Below, one piece after another: positions 38,401 through 47,081 of a stretch of 50,834 nt of DNA. The position numbers were made by a program, and so were the translations under genes. A model generated the notes under the pieces. That model was not told the DNA's origin. It did no database searches and was given only the letters and a program-made list of their open reading frames with translations. Origin of the DNA: an uncultured Clostridium sp. (GTDB taxonomy: Bacteria > Bacillota_I > Bacilli_A > RF39 > UBA660); assembly GCA_945788325.1 (NCBI GenBank), contig CALZLL010000001.1:1-50834 (forward strand), given 5' to 3'. Within the stretch, counting starts at the first letter, position 1; each line of letters opens with the position of its first letter.

Positions 38401-40007
38401 GTAAACATAGTATTTTTGAATTTGAAGATGGAAGGCCTCTTGGTGCTGAGTATTCAACTGGATTTGATTTACCAGATAAAAAGTGTCCTTGTTGTGGGTC
38501 TGATTTATATAAAGATGGTCAAGATATGCCTTTTGCTACGTTCCTTGGTTTTAACGCGGATAAAGTACCAGATATAGATCTTAATTTTAGTGATTTAAAC
38601 CAAGCATCAGCGCATGCGTATACCAAGGTATTGTTTGGTGCAGATAATGTGTATAGAGCAGGAACCATTGGTACGGTAGCTGAAAAAACCGCATATGGTT
38701 TTGTAAAAGGTTACCTAGAGGATAAAGAAATTAATAAGCGAGCTGCTGAAATAGAAAGACTTTCTATTGGGTGTACTGGTGTTAAAAGAACTACTGGACA
38801 ACATCCAGGTGGTATAGTAGTTATTCCAGATTACATGGAAGTATTTGATTTTACACCATTTCAGTTTCCAGCAGAAGATGTAACTAGTCCGTGGCGTACT
38901 ACTCACTTTGATTATCACGCAATTGATGAGTGTGTTTTAAAACTAGATATATTAGGACATTCAGATCCAACGCAGCTTAGGATGATTCAAGATTTAACCG
39001 GAACTGATATTACTAAAGTTCCTTTAGATGATAAAGATACGATGAGTATATTTACATCTACTAAGGCACTTGGTGTGACTAATGAACAAATTATGTGTAA
39101 AACAGGTACCCTTGGAATTCCGGAATTTGGTACACCATTTACAATAGGAATGGTTGCTGAAACAAAGCCAACTACTTTTGCTGAATTAATTAAAATATCT
39201 GGTTTATCTCATGGTACTGACGTATGGTTAGGTAACGCTCAAGATTTAATAAAAAATGATATAGTTCCTTTTAAAGATGTTATTGGGTGTCGTGATGATA
39301 TAATGGTATACCTTATGTATCATGGTGTTAAACCAATAAAGGCATTTAAAATAATGGAGTTTGTACGTAAGGGTAGAGCTTCAAAAGATCCTGAAACATG
39401 GAAGGAACACAAAAAAACCATGGAGGAAGCAAACATACCAGATTGGTTTATAGATTCTTGCGGTAAGATTAAATACATGTTCCCAAAAGCTCATGCTGCA
39501 GCTTACGTAATATCAGCATTTAGAATTGCTTGGTACAAAGTGCACATGCCGGTATATTTTTACGCATCTTGGCTTACTTCAAAAGCAACTGACGTTGATG
39601 TTGAAGTAATGATGAAAGGTTACGATGCAATAAAATCAAAAATAATAGAAATTCAAAATAAAGGTTATGATGCTACTAACAAAGAATTAGGACAATTAGA
39701 AAGTCTTAAGGTATGTTTAGAAGCAACAGCAAGAGGAATTACTTTTGCACCTATTGATCTTTATAAAAGTAATGCTACCGTTTGGGGTGTTAAAGACGAA
39801 ACAACGATATATCCACCATTTTCATCAATCGATGGCCTTGGTGATACAGTTGCTAAAAAAATAGTAGAAGAAAGAGAAAAAAGTAAATTTATAAGTGTTG
39901 AAGACATTCAAGCAAGAGGCAAGGTATCCCAAACGTTAACTGATAAAATGAGAATGATGGGAATATTAGAAGCTCTTCCTGAATCTAGCCAATTAAGTTT
40001 ATTTTAA
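35412..40007 (+). CDS. polC: DNA polymerase III PolC-type alpha subunit (with 3'-5' exonuclease)
   Basis: 1531 aa. PHP region (VELHAHTMMSQMDG), DnaQ-like exonuclease (YVVFDTETTGF ... HNAKFDISF ... HRADYDA), zinc-finger CLNC...CPCC, and polymerase core. Confidence 0.97.
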   Translation: MHDKLKLFLTKINLPEEYYDYFKDGKILKLKLDHTRKNGVFVIEVEKVLNDDVLSFINKNISNGFPDMESIRAEFVLRNVDYSNATSYYKKAILESTLTKPMKELFSEKQVKMDDKTLMVDVDNIAEENILKNNVESVIRYFNQVGYKDIKIKTNINEENALKVKKELEEELKKEVIAKPKEENPILLGDEPKGTITEIKDIIAEEGNVTVEAYVFGVEEFESNKSAFKILTFKISDNTDSIYAKVFTKDADLFKKLSKSMKSGWFRINGYVKQDVYAKDLVLNMRNVMKIPSKDVVIVDDAEEKRVELHAHTMMSQMDGLTKLDLGKHTCDLVTNAINMGYRGVAITDHNGCQAFPIAYGIIKSHNKKIEDKTKHFKGLYGTELTLVDDTVNIVVRPTNEPLMDNTYVVFDTETTGFNAAGGDQMIEIGAVKISHGDIIDRFDKLIDPKRHIPDKITELTCITDAMVAGCDDEETVTKEFLSWAGNLPMVAHNAKFDISFIEMAMKKYNLGEFKNTVIDTLELSRTLDQGYARHGLSALVKRYNVPWEEDAHHRADYDAEGTAHVFHKFLQKLDSQNYEKISDLDRLVSKDEIHKFGRTYHFNAIAVNKTGLKNIFKMISLANTVYLYKTPRILRSEVERLRDGVLIGSGCYESEVFIEARSKDGEELTNIINFYDYVEVQPPEVYNHLIQLGDFKNEEELKNHIKKVVSATKEAGKIIVATGDVHHFKREDKIYREIIVNQKVPGGGRHPLAKKDIKEIPSQHFRTTNEMLNDFAFLGNDLSKEIVITNTNKVLDLVDEIEVIIDTHGIPFSPRVKSDDGKSYLDCPRVVTDLVYDKAKDWYGDPLPYNIEERIAMELYGNIVYKVCNDNIKKENPDINDDDLSKEAFKKLHSVILDGFDAVKELLGVYFKENWSEEDGEFSEDSLSKKIDKELGGIIGGGFDPIYLIAQRLVKHSNDDGYLVGSRGSVGSSFVATMMGITEVNPLPAHYRCLNCKHSIFEFEDGRPLGAEYSTGFDLPDKKCPCCGSDLYKDGQDMPFATFLGFNADKVPDIDLNFSDLNQASAHAYTKVLFGADNVYRAGTIGTVAEKTAYGFVKGYLEDKEINKRAAEIERLSIGCTGVKRTTGQHPGGIVVIPDYMEVFDFTPFQFPAEDVTSPWRTTHFDYHAIDECVLKLDILGHSDPTQLRMIQDLTGTDITKVPLDDKDTMSIFTSTKALGVTNEQIMCKTGTLGIPEFGTPFTIGMVAETKPTTFAELIKISGLSHGTDVWLGNAQDLIKNDIVPFKDVIGCRDDIMVYLMYHGVKPIKAFKIMEFVRKGRASKDPETWKEHKKTMEEANIPDWFIDSCGKIKYMFPKAHAAAYVISAFRIAWYKVHMPVYFYASWLTSKATDVDVEVMMKGYDAIKSKIIEIQNKGYDATNKELGQLESLKVCLEATARGITFAPIDLYKSNATVWGVKDETTIYPPFSSIDGLGDTVAKKIVEEREKSKFISVEDIQARGKVSQTLTDKMRMMGILEALPESSQLSLF

Positions 40008-40014
40008 AAATAAA

Positions 40015-40045
40015 AATAGCTGGAATTTTATTCAGCTATTTTTTA
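40015..40045. terminator. Bidirectional terminator between polC and the convergent gene
   Basis: aatagctg-gaattttatt-cagctatt followed by tttt. Confidence 0.6.
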
Positions 40046-40423
40046 AAGAAAAAAAGTTGGATTTGGGACTTCTTGTGTGATTTCATTAACGTTTTCTTCT
40101 TTGGTGATAGAGTTTTTTGCAACGTTATTAATCACGTTTTCATTACTATTTATCTTAGTAAATTCTTTTCCTATTTTTCTTAACGCCCGTATGTTTTTAA
40201 ATACTGGTTTTACCTGATAGTAAAGAGGAATTGCTTGGTTTACAACGCTAAGTGTTTTTTGTGCGTTAGAAAGTAACGATGACCATTTTATTTTGCCAAG
40301 TAAAGATGATATACCACCGCTACTTGCTACGCCACTTAAATTTCCTGCGTTAGCTATACCTGATGTGTAAGGCATGGCAATATTAGGAATTGCATATGGA
40401 ATATTACCGTACAATTTAATCAC
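40043..40423 (-). CDS. YqfQ/VrrA-like small protein
   Basis: GGISSLLGKIKWSSLLSNAQKTLSVVNQAIPLYYQVKPVFKNIRAL resembles the YqfQ-family core as I recall it. Confidence 0.35.
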   Translation of the reverse strand: MIKLYGNIPYAIPNIAMPYTSGIANAGNLSGVASSGGISSLLGKIKWSSLLSNAQKTLSVVNQAIPLYYQVKPVFKNIRALRKIGKEFTKINSNENVINNVAKNSITKEENVNEITQEVPNPTFFL

Positions 40424-40532
40424 CTCTATAATAATATATGTAAATGTATGATTATGTTTAAATAATATGTAAAAAAGAGTTTAAAAAATAAAAAAATATG
40501 TTATAATTATTTTATAGAATAGGAAGGTGTTT

Positions 40533-42344
40533 ATGAACGCGCTAGAGATTATATTATTGCCATTTGTTTTTATATATAGAGGATTCATAAGTGTATTATT
40601 AATACCATATTACATAGTTATTGGTATAGGTAAATTATTTAGTGGTGGAAAGTCAACTAAAAAGACTATCCCTGAAATAAAACCTGGAGAACAAGTAAAA
40701 GTTATCAAAGAAAAAAAGTCTGCTTATAATAAACCAAAAGCCCCGGTAAAAGAAATAGATAAGGTTAAATTAGCTCAAGAAAAAGACCAAAACAAATTAA
40801 AAAGACAAAAGGAATTTGAAAAATTAGTAGCTAAAGCAAGAGCTGAAGAAGAAAGAAGAATTAAAGAACAAGAAAGATTAAGAATTGAGAATGAAAGAAA
40901 AGAAAAAGAAAGAAAGGCTCGTGAGTTAGAACGACAAAAAAAAGAAGAAGAACTTGAGGCGTTAAGAGAAAAAAAAGAAGAAGAATTAAAAGAAATGGGA
41001 GAGCCAGTTACTTTTTCTGATAAGTTAAAAGCTTTTTATAAAAAACTTACATATAATAAAAAAGAAGAATTAGAATTAGAAGCTAAAAAAGCTGTTTTAG
41101 ATGAACAATTTAAAGATAAAGATGCTAAAAATTCTAGATTTGCTAAAGCTTTAACCTTTGATTATACCGCTCGTAATGCTAATGGAGTTTTAGAAAAAGG
41201 CACCATTGAAGCTTTATCTAGGGTTGATGTTCACTCGTTCTTAACCGCTGAAGGTTATGAGGTATATGAAATAATTCCTGCGAAAGCTAACATAAAATTT
41301 ATAACTTATAGAATGAAAAGAAATCGTTTGATTTTCTATCTATCACAATTGTCTGCTTATTTAAAATCTGGAATAGCACTAGCAGACGCTGTCAAAATAT
41401 TAGATGACCAAGCAAAGAATGTTAATGAAAAGAAAACATGGCGTGCTGTATATTATGATTTATCAATGGGTGATGTGTTATCACTAGCTATGGATAAAAG
41501 AAAAGAAACATTCCCAAGACTTTTAATTAACATGATTAAAACCGCTGAAATGACTGGTAATTTAACTGAAACTTTAGATGATATGGTTGATTATTACACA
41601 GAATCAGAAAGTACAAAAAAACAAATGAAATCTGCAATGATGTATCCTATTATGGTAACTATTTTTGCATCTGTAGTTGTTACGTTTATACTTATGTGGG
41701 TTGTTCCTCAATTCGTTGATATCTATTCTGATTTAGGTAGTGATTTACCTGTTATTACTAAAGTGGTAATAGGAATAAGTGATTTTTTAAAAAATTATTT
41801 AATATTTATTTTATTAGCAATAATTATTTTAATATTAATTTATACGTATTTATTTAAAAACGTTAAATCATTTAGAAGAAGTATGCAAGAATTTGCAATG
41901 CATTTACCTGTTTTTGGTAACATCATTATATATAACGAAGTAACTATTTTTTCTAAAACATTTGCTAACTTAATAAATCATAATGTTTTTATAACCGATT
42001 CAATGGATGTATTAAGTAAAATAACAAATAATGAGGTTTATAAAAAATTAATTTTTGACACTGCAAGAAACCTTACTAAAGGTGAACCAATTTCAACTGC
42101 TTTCAAAGATCATTGGGCATTTCCAAACATTGCTTATCAGATGCTTATTACTGGTGAAAAAACAGGTCGTTTAGGACCAATGATGGAAAGAGTTTCTAAA
42201 TATTATCAAGAACAACATAGAAGTATAATTAATCAAATGAAATCACTTATTGAACCAATAATGATAATTACTCTTGCATTATTAGTAGGTTTCATATTAT
42301 TATCTGTAATACTTCCAATGTTTAGCATGTATGATGCTTTATAG
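40533..42344 (+). CDS. pilC: Type IV pilus / T2SS platform protein (PilC/GspF family) with a ~175-aa N-terminal extension
   Basis: Two T2SSF repeats in the C-terminal ~400 aa (LSAYLKSGIALADAVKIL ... ; FANLINHNVFITDSMDVL ...). N-terminal hydrophobic hairpin followed by a K/E/R-rich helix. Confidence 0.8.
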   Translation: MNALEIILLPFVFIYRGFISVLLIPYYIVIGIGKLFSGGKSTKKTIPEIKPGEQVKVIKEKKSAYNKPKAPVKEIDKVKLAQEKDQNKLKRQKEFEKLVAKARAEEERRIKEQERLRIENERKEKERKARELERQKKEEELEALREKKEEELKEMGEPVTFSDKLKAFYKKLTYNKKEELELEAKKAVLDEQFKDKDAKNSRFAKALTFDYTARNANGVLEKGTIEALSRVDVHSFLTAEGYEVYEIIPAKANIKFITYRMKRNRLIFYLSQLSAYLKSGIALADAVKILDDQAKNVNEKKTWRAVYYDLSMGDVLSLAMDKRKETFPRLLINMIKTAEMTGNLTETLDDMVDYYTESESTKKQMKSAMMYPIMVTIFASVVVTFILMWVVPQFVDIYSDLGSDLPVITKVVIGISDFLKNYLIFILLAIIILILIYTYLFKNVKSFRRSMQEFAMHLPVFGNIIIYNEVTIFSKTFANLINHNVFITDSMDVLSKITNNEVYKKLIFDTARNLTKGEPISTAFKDHWAFPNIAYQMLITGEKTGRLGPMMERVSKYYQEQHRSIINQMKSLIEPIMIITLALLVGFILLSVILPMFSMYDAL

Positions 42345-42359
42345 AAAGGAAAAATACTT

Positions 42360-43148
42360 ATGAGTTTAGAAGTTTTAAATGGTATCATGATATTTATAAT
42401 TGGACTTATATTTGGATCTTTTTATAATGTTGTAGGATACCGATTACCAAATAATATGTCGATTGCATTTCCTGCATCTCATTGCATAAATTGTAATCAT
42501 AAACTAAAATTTTATGAACTCATTCCGGTTATATCCTATGTTTTTCTAGGTGGTAAATGTAAAGCTTGCAAAAAAAGGATATCAATCGTTTATCCTTTTT
42601 TTGAGCTTCTTACTGGTACATTATTTTTACTTTCATATTTATTTTTTGGATTAAATTTAAAATTTTTAATTGCAATAACCTTTATTTCAATACTTATAAT
42701 AATAAGTATAAGCGATATTAGATATTACATTATTTCAGATGAAGTTTTAATTATTGGTAGCATTTTAATTATTATAGAAATGATAATTTATGCACTTATA
42801 AATGACTTAAGTTTAGTTAAGGAAGTTTTAATACCTATATTAAATGGTGCTGGTAGTTTTGCGATACTTTATTTGTTTAAAGTATTAGGAGATTTTATAT
42901 TTAAAAAAGAAAGTCTTGGTGGTGGAGATATAAAATTAATGTTTTTTATAGGGTTAACGCTAGGATTTGATATGTCTATTGTAACTATATTTATAGCTTC
43001 TTTTATAGCACTTCCTTTATCAATAATAAGTTTAATTAAAAATGATAATAATGTTTTACCTTTTGGTCCATATTTATCAATAGCAGCTGTAATAATATTA
43101 TTGACTAATTTAGACTTGGATATGATATTAAATTTTTTTGTAAAGTAA
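42360..43148 (+). CDS. pilD: Prepilin peptidase (A24 family, PilD/ComC-like)
   Basis: N-terminal CxxC...CxxC (CINCNHKL ... CKACKKRIS). Catalytic Asp motifs ISDIRY and GGGDIKLM. Confidence 0.9.
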   Translation: MSLEVLNGIMIFIIGLIFGSFYNVVGYRLPNNMSIAFPASHCINCNHKLKFYELIPVISYVFLGGKCKACKKRISIVYPFFELLTGTLFLLSYLFFGLNLKFLIAITFISILIIISISDIRYYIISDEVLIIGSILIIIEMIIYALINDLSLVKEVLIPILNGAGSFAILYLFKVLGDFIFKKESLGGGDIKLMFFIGLTLGFDMSIVTIFIASFIALPLSIISLIKNDNNVLPFGPYLSIAAVIILLTNLDLDMILNFFVK

Positions 43149-43156
43149 TATAAAAT

Positions 43157-43216
43157 AAAAAAGCATTGCTTTTTGAACTACCTTATATAGGGTAGACATC
43201 AAAAGCAATGCTTTTT
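43157..43216. terminator. Nested inverted repeat / bidirectional terminator between convergent pilD and pilB
   Basis: Outer arms aaaagcattgctttt and aaaagcaatgctttt are perfect reverse complements. They enclose an inner hairpin ctacc-ttatata-gggtag. Confidence 0.65.
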
Positions 43217-44525
43217 ATAAATCTAACATTTCCATACCATCATCTTCAACATTGTTATTAGAATTTTGATTAACGGAAGGTTGAGATGCTTGTTCTTGGT
43301 TTGATGAAGAAACATCTTTACCAGAAACGATTCTTACTGATTCATCATCAAGTTCTACTAAACGAAGAATTTCTTCAATTGTTGTTGTATTTTGTAATAC
43401 TTTTTGAAGACCATCTTGTAAAAGGGTAGTAGTATCTCCTTTATATACTAGCTTTCTTAATTCTTCTTTTGGCATACCATTTGATATTGCGTCTCTTATT
43501 TCTTGAGATATTACTAATACTTCATGAATAGCAATTCTTCCTTTATAACCACCAACGCACTCAGAACATCCTTCTGCATATGCAAGTTCGGTTATATCAA
43601 CACCTAGATTTGCTTTTATAAGCTTTTTTTCATAATCAATAGCAGGTCTTTTTTTCATACAATGAGGGCATATTCTTCTAGCTAATTTTTGTGATACAAT
43701 ACCATTTAATGAACTAGCAAGTAGGTATGTTTCAACATCCATATCTTTTAAACGTTCAATAGTATTTAATGCGTTATTTGTATGCAAGGTAGATAATACT
43801 AAGTGACCAGTAATAGAAGCTCTAACTGCTATTTTTGCCGTTTCATCATCACGAATTTCACCAATCATTATTATATCTGGGTCTTGACGTAATATAGAAC
43901 GTAAAACTTCAGCAAAGGTAAGTCCAATTTCACTATTAACCTGAATCTGGTTCATACCCGCAATATTCATTTCTACTGGATCTTCAACCGTAACTAAGTT
44001 AACTTCAGATGTGTTAAGAGTTTGAAGCATTGCGTAAACCGTAGTTGATTTACCTGATCCGGTAGCGCCAGTTACCAGTATGATACCATTAGGTTCTTTT
44101 ATTAATTCTTCAATCTTTTTTAAATTATTAGGTGTAAGACCTAATGCATTAAGACCTTTCATAGAAGTAGAATAATCTAAGATACGAATAACTATTTTTT
44201 CACCTTCATTTGTAGGAAGAGAAGAAACACGCATGTCTAAATTAATATCTTTTATGGTTGTTTTAATAGCACCATCCTGTGGAAGCCTTGATTCAGTAAT
44301 ATCCATACCAGATATAATCTTAAGTCTAGCAATTAAATTTTTTCTAATAGCCTCAGGAATCAAAACGTAATCTATTAGTACACCATCTATTCTAAACCTT
44401 ACTTTAATTGTTGTTTCGGTAGGATCGAAGTGGATGTCACTAGTACCAGCTTGCGCTGCAATATATATTATTTCATTTACTATTTCAGTAATAGGTAATT
44501 TAGTAAAATCTATTTGTTTTAACAT
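43215..44525 (-). CDS. pilB: Type IV pilus assembly ATPase (PilB/GspE family), short form
   Basis: Walker A GATGSGKSTT, Asp box, Walker B IIMIGEIRD, His box LSTLHTN, tetracysteine CPHC...CSEC. No long N-terminal GSPII domain. Q/N/S/acidic C-terminal tail. Confidence 0.85.
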   Translation of the reverse strand: MLKQIDFTKLPITEIVNEIIYIAAQAGTSDIHFDPTETTIKVRFRIDGVLIDYVLIPEAIRKNLIARLKIISGMDITESRLPQDGAIKTTIKDINLDMRVSSLPTNEGEKIVIRILDYSTSMKGLNALGLTPNNLKKIEELIKEPNGIILVTGATGSGKSTTVYAMLQTLNTSEVNLVTVEDPVEMNIAGMNQIQVNSEIGLTFAEVLRSILRQDPDIIMIGEIRDDETAKIAVRASITGHLVLSTLHTNNALNTIERLKDMDVETYLLASSLNGIVSQKLARRICPHCMKKRPAIDYEKKLIKANLGVDITELAYAEGCSECVGGYKGRIAIHEVLVISQEIRDAISNGMPKEELRKLVYKGDTTTLLQDGLQKVLQNTTTIEEILRLVELDDESVRIVSGKDVSSSNQEQASQPSVNQNSNNNVEDDGMEMLDL

Positions 44526-44646
44526 TCATATCGCTCCCTTATTATTCTTTATTCTTTTTTTATTCTTATCTTTTCTACTAGATTTTATTATAATAATATT
44601 ATATAATATATTTTAGAAGATAGCAATAAAGAAAAGGTGATATTTT

Positions 44647-45207
44647 ATGAAAAAGAATAACAAGGGATTCTTTTTAGCAGAAACTATAGTTGTAATAGCA
44701 CTTGTTACAACTGTTATGGCATTTGTTTATCCTAATGTTACTAAGTTGTATGAAAATTATAAAAACAGGGCTAATTATTATGATCAAACAGAGGATTTGT
44801 ATATATTAAAAGCGGTTTATGAAGCTAATAAAGAAATAATTGATGAATATACCGAAGGAGCAGATAATTGTATAATAGAAGATATTTATGCCGAAAAAGG
44901 TGGTGGAAATATATCATATCTTCAGGATACTAATGATCCTAATAAAGCACCTATTAATAAACCACCTATTTTAGTCGAATTATATATAAGTAGCTATATG
45001 TCAACCCTTTCATCAGATAATTATAATTTTAATAAATATTTAAAAAGATTAAAAAAAACAACTTATGATGGTGGTGCATATAGACTTATAGGTATTTTTG
45101 AAAAAAAAGATGGTTCGGGGAAAATAATAGAAACAAGGTATGCATCTATTAAAATCGATAATCCAAACCCAGATAGATATTGTAATTTAGGAGGAAAACA
45201 AGACTAA
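44647..45207 (+). CDS. Type IV prepilin-like protein
   Basis: Class III signal MKKNNKG|FFLAETIVVIALVTTVMAFV, with Glu at +5 after the predicted G|F cleavage. Confidence 0.75.
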   Translation: MKKNNKGFFLAETIVVIALVTTVMAFVYPNVTKLYENYKNRANYYDQTEDLYILKAVYEANKEIIDEYTEGADNCIIEDIYAEKGGGNISYLQDTNDPNKAPINKPPILVELYISSYMSTLSSDNYNFNKYLKRLKKTTYDGGAYRLIGIFEKKDGSGKIIETRYASIKIDNPNPDRYCNLGGKQD

Positions 45208-45557
45208 TGAAAAAAGTTAATAATAAAGGTATAACATTAATTGAACTAATTGTAAGTTTTGCATTAATAGGTGTTTCGATAATATACTTTTCTCAAACTT
45301 TATATACGGTAAAAAAAGTTTATGCTACCGCAAGAGATGAAACTAATGAGTTTATAGCTAAAGATTATGCGTTAAGATTACTTGATAAATATATTGATGA
45401 AAATGGTACAACTAATTTAACATCTAATTTTTGCGTTAAAATTGTGGATTGTAATGATATAGTGGTAAGCACTGATAATGGTCTTAATACTTATCAAATT
45501 AATGGTATTATATTTGGAAATGGTAAAACAACATCGGCAACATTATATAAAAATTAA
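45207..45557 (+). CDS. Type IV prepilin-like (minor pilin/pseudopilin) protein
   Basis: MKKVNNKG|ITLIELIVSFALIGVSIIYF, an N-terminal cleavage/methylation motif with Glu +5. Confidence 0.75.
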   Translation: MKKVNNKGITLIELIVSFALIGVSIIYFSQTLYTVKKVYATARDETNEFIAKDYALRLLDKYIDENGTTNLTSNFCVKIVDCNDIVVSTDNGLNTYQINGIIFGNGKTTSATLYKN

Positions 45558-46426
45558 AACATTCTAAAAATAAGGTATTTTAAATATCTTATTTTTTTAT
45601 TTTGTAACATACTCATGGTTTGCATTTGAATGCATAGACCACCAAAGTTTAAAAAGTAATATGCTAATAATAGTTTTAAATAATAATTTATGTTTAGTGT
45701 TCCTAATGATATAACTCCGCCAGTCATTTCAAGTAATCCATTTAATATAACACTTGTTATGTTATTTAATAAAAATATATTAGTTATTAATGATATGAGT
45801 AAATTAAATATTATTATTATTCCAAAGATCATTAATAATGCGTTTAATGAATTTTTTATAACAATAGTAAAATCTTTTATAATATTAGTATTATTTTCAT
45901 TAATTGTTTTGTTTTCATTAGTATTTTTTTCTCTTAAAATAAAGGCTTTTATGAAATTACTTAAATATAACAAAAGAAGTATTATAAAGCCTATTTTTTC
46001 ATCATTAAAAACACCTTTTCCAACGCCGCCAATAACAAATAAGGGATTTATAAAATGTGTTGTACAAAGAAGCGTTTCCGCTTCTTTTTCATTTATTATC
46101 TTTTTTTCTAAATATTCGTTTATATACATTCCGTTACTTGGGCTTCCAGTAAACATTGATATTATAAATATACCTATCATAGCATCATTATAACCAAATA
46201 ATTTTTTAAATATATTTTTTATAAATGTTGGTATTATTTTCCATACGTTATTTTTAACTAATAAGTTGCCAATTATCATGGTAGGAAATAAAGATGGAAA
46301 TACTTTTGTTATAAACATGTATGAAGCATTTATTACGCTTTTTATTACAATGTTTGATTTAGATAGTATAATAAATTCTATCATTATTAAAAAATAAAGT
46401 AGCAATAAGTTTTTTTTATTTGTCAT
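45554..46426 (-). CDS. YlbJ-like sporulation integral membrane protein (nucleoside-recognition/Gate domain)
   Basis: Polytopic. VFPSLFPTMIIGNLL resembles the YlbJ family motif. Shorter than B. subtilis YlbJ. Confidence 0.45.
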   Translation of the reverse strand: MTNKKNLLLLYFLIMIEFIILSKSNIVIKSVINASYMFITKVFPSLFPTMIIGNLLVKNNVWKIIPTFIKNIFKKLFGYNDAMIGIFIISMFTGSPSNGMYINEYLEKKIINEKEAETLLCTTHFINPLFVIGGVGKGVFNDEKIGFIILLLLYLSNFIKAFILREKNTNENKTINENNTNIIKDFTIVIKNSLNALLMIFGIIIIFNLLISLITNIFLLNNITSVILNGLLEMTGGVISLGTLNINYYLKLLLAYYFLNFGGLCIQMQTMSMLQNKKIRYLKYLIFRMF

Positions 46427-46473
46427 TATTTTATATCCTTTTTAGTAAAATTTATTATAAAGGGGTAAATATT

Positions 46474-47028
46474 ATGAATAAAGAAAATAAAAAGTTAATT
46501 ATATTTGACGATGGTAATGAAAATTATGGTGAGTTAAGATTTGTTAAATTTCTTGATGAAGAAAAAAAGATTGCTATATTTTATAATCCATTAATTGCAC
46601 CAAAATACTTTGAAAATTATTTAAAGGAAAATAAAATAGTAAAAGCATATGAGGTAACAAGTGAAGAAGTTCTTAATAATAACTATAACAAAATATATAC
46701 TTTTACCGATAACCATGGAGTTTATGGCGTTAATAAAGGTATAGAAGTAGAAAATAAACTTGTTTTATTAGTAGACCCTGGTATAAACATAGAAATTGAA
46801 TTACCATATTATTTATATGAAATAAAAGATGGTGCTATATATCTTAAAAAAACAAAGAAAAAACCAAGAAACAAAGGCTATTGTTATGTTGTAAACGAAG
46901 AGTATGTTAATCCCGAACTAAGAAAGATAATGATACCTGTTGTGGAGGCAATACCGGGTGTTTTAAGTATTAATGGATATGATTTTAAATGTGATATTAA
47001 AACTAAGACGTATAAGCTAGAAAAGTAA
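46474..47028 (+). CDS. Hypothetical protein (184 aa)
   Basis: ATG after RBS aaagggg. No recognised motif. Confidence 0.35.
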   Translation: MNKENKKLIIFDDGNENYGELRFVKFLDEEKKIAIFYNPLIAPKYFENYLKENKIVKAYEVTSEEVLNNNYNKIYTFTDNHGVYGVNKGIEVENKLVLLVDPGINIEIELPYYLYEIKDGAIYLKKTKKKPRNKGYCYVVNEEYVNPELRKIMIPVVEAIPGVLSINGYDFKCDIKTKTYKLEK

Positions 47029-47081
47029 TATTTTCTAGCTTTTTATTTGGTTTTATTATATAATAAAATAGGTGATTTAAG

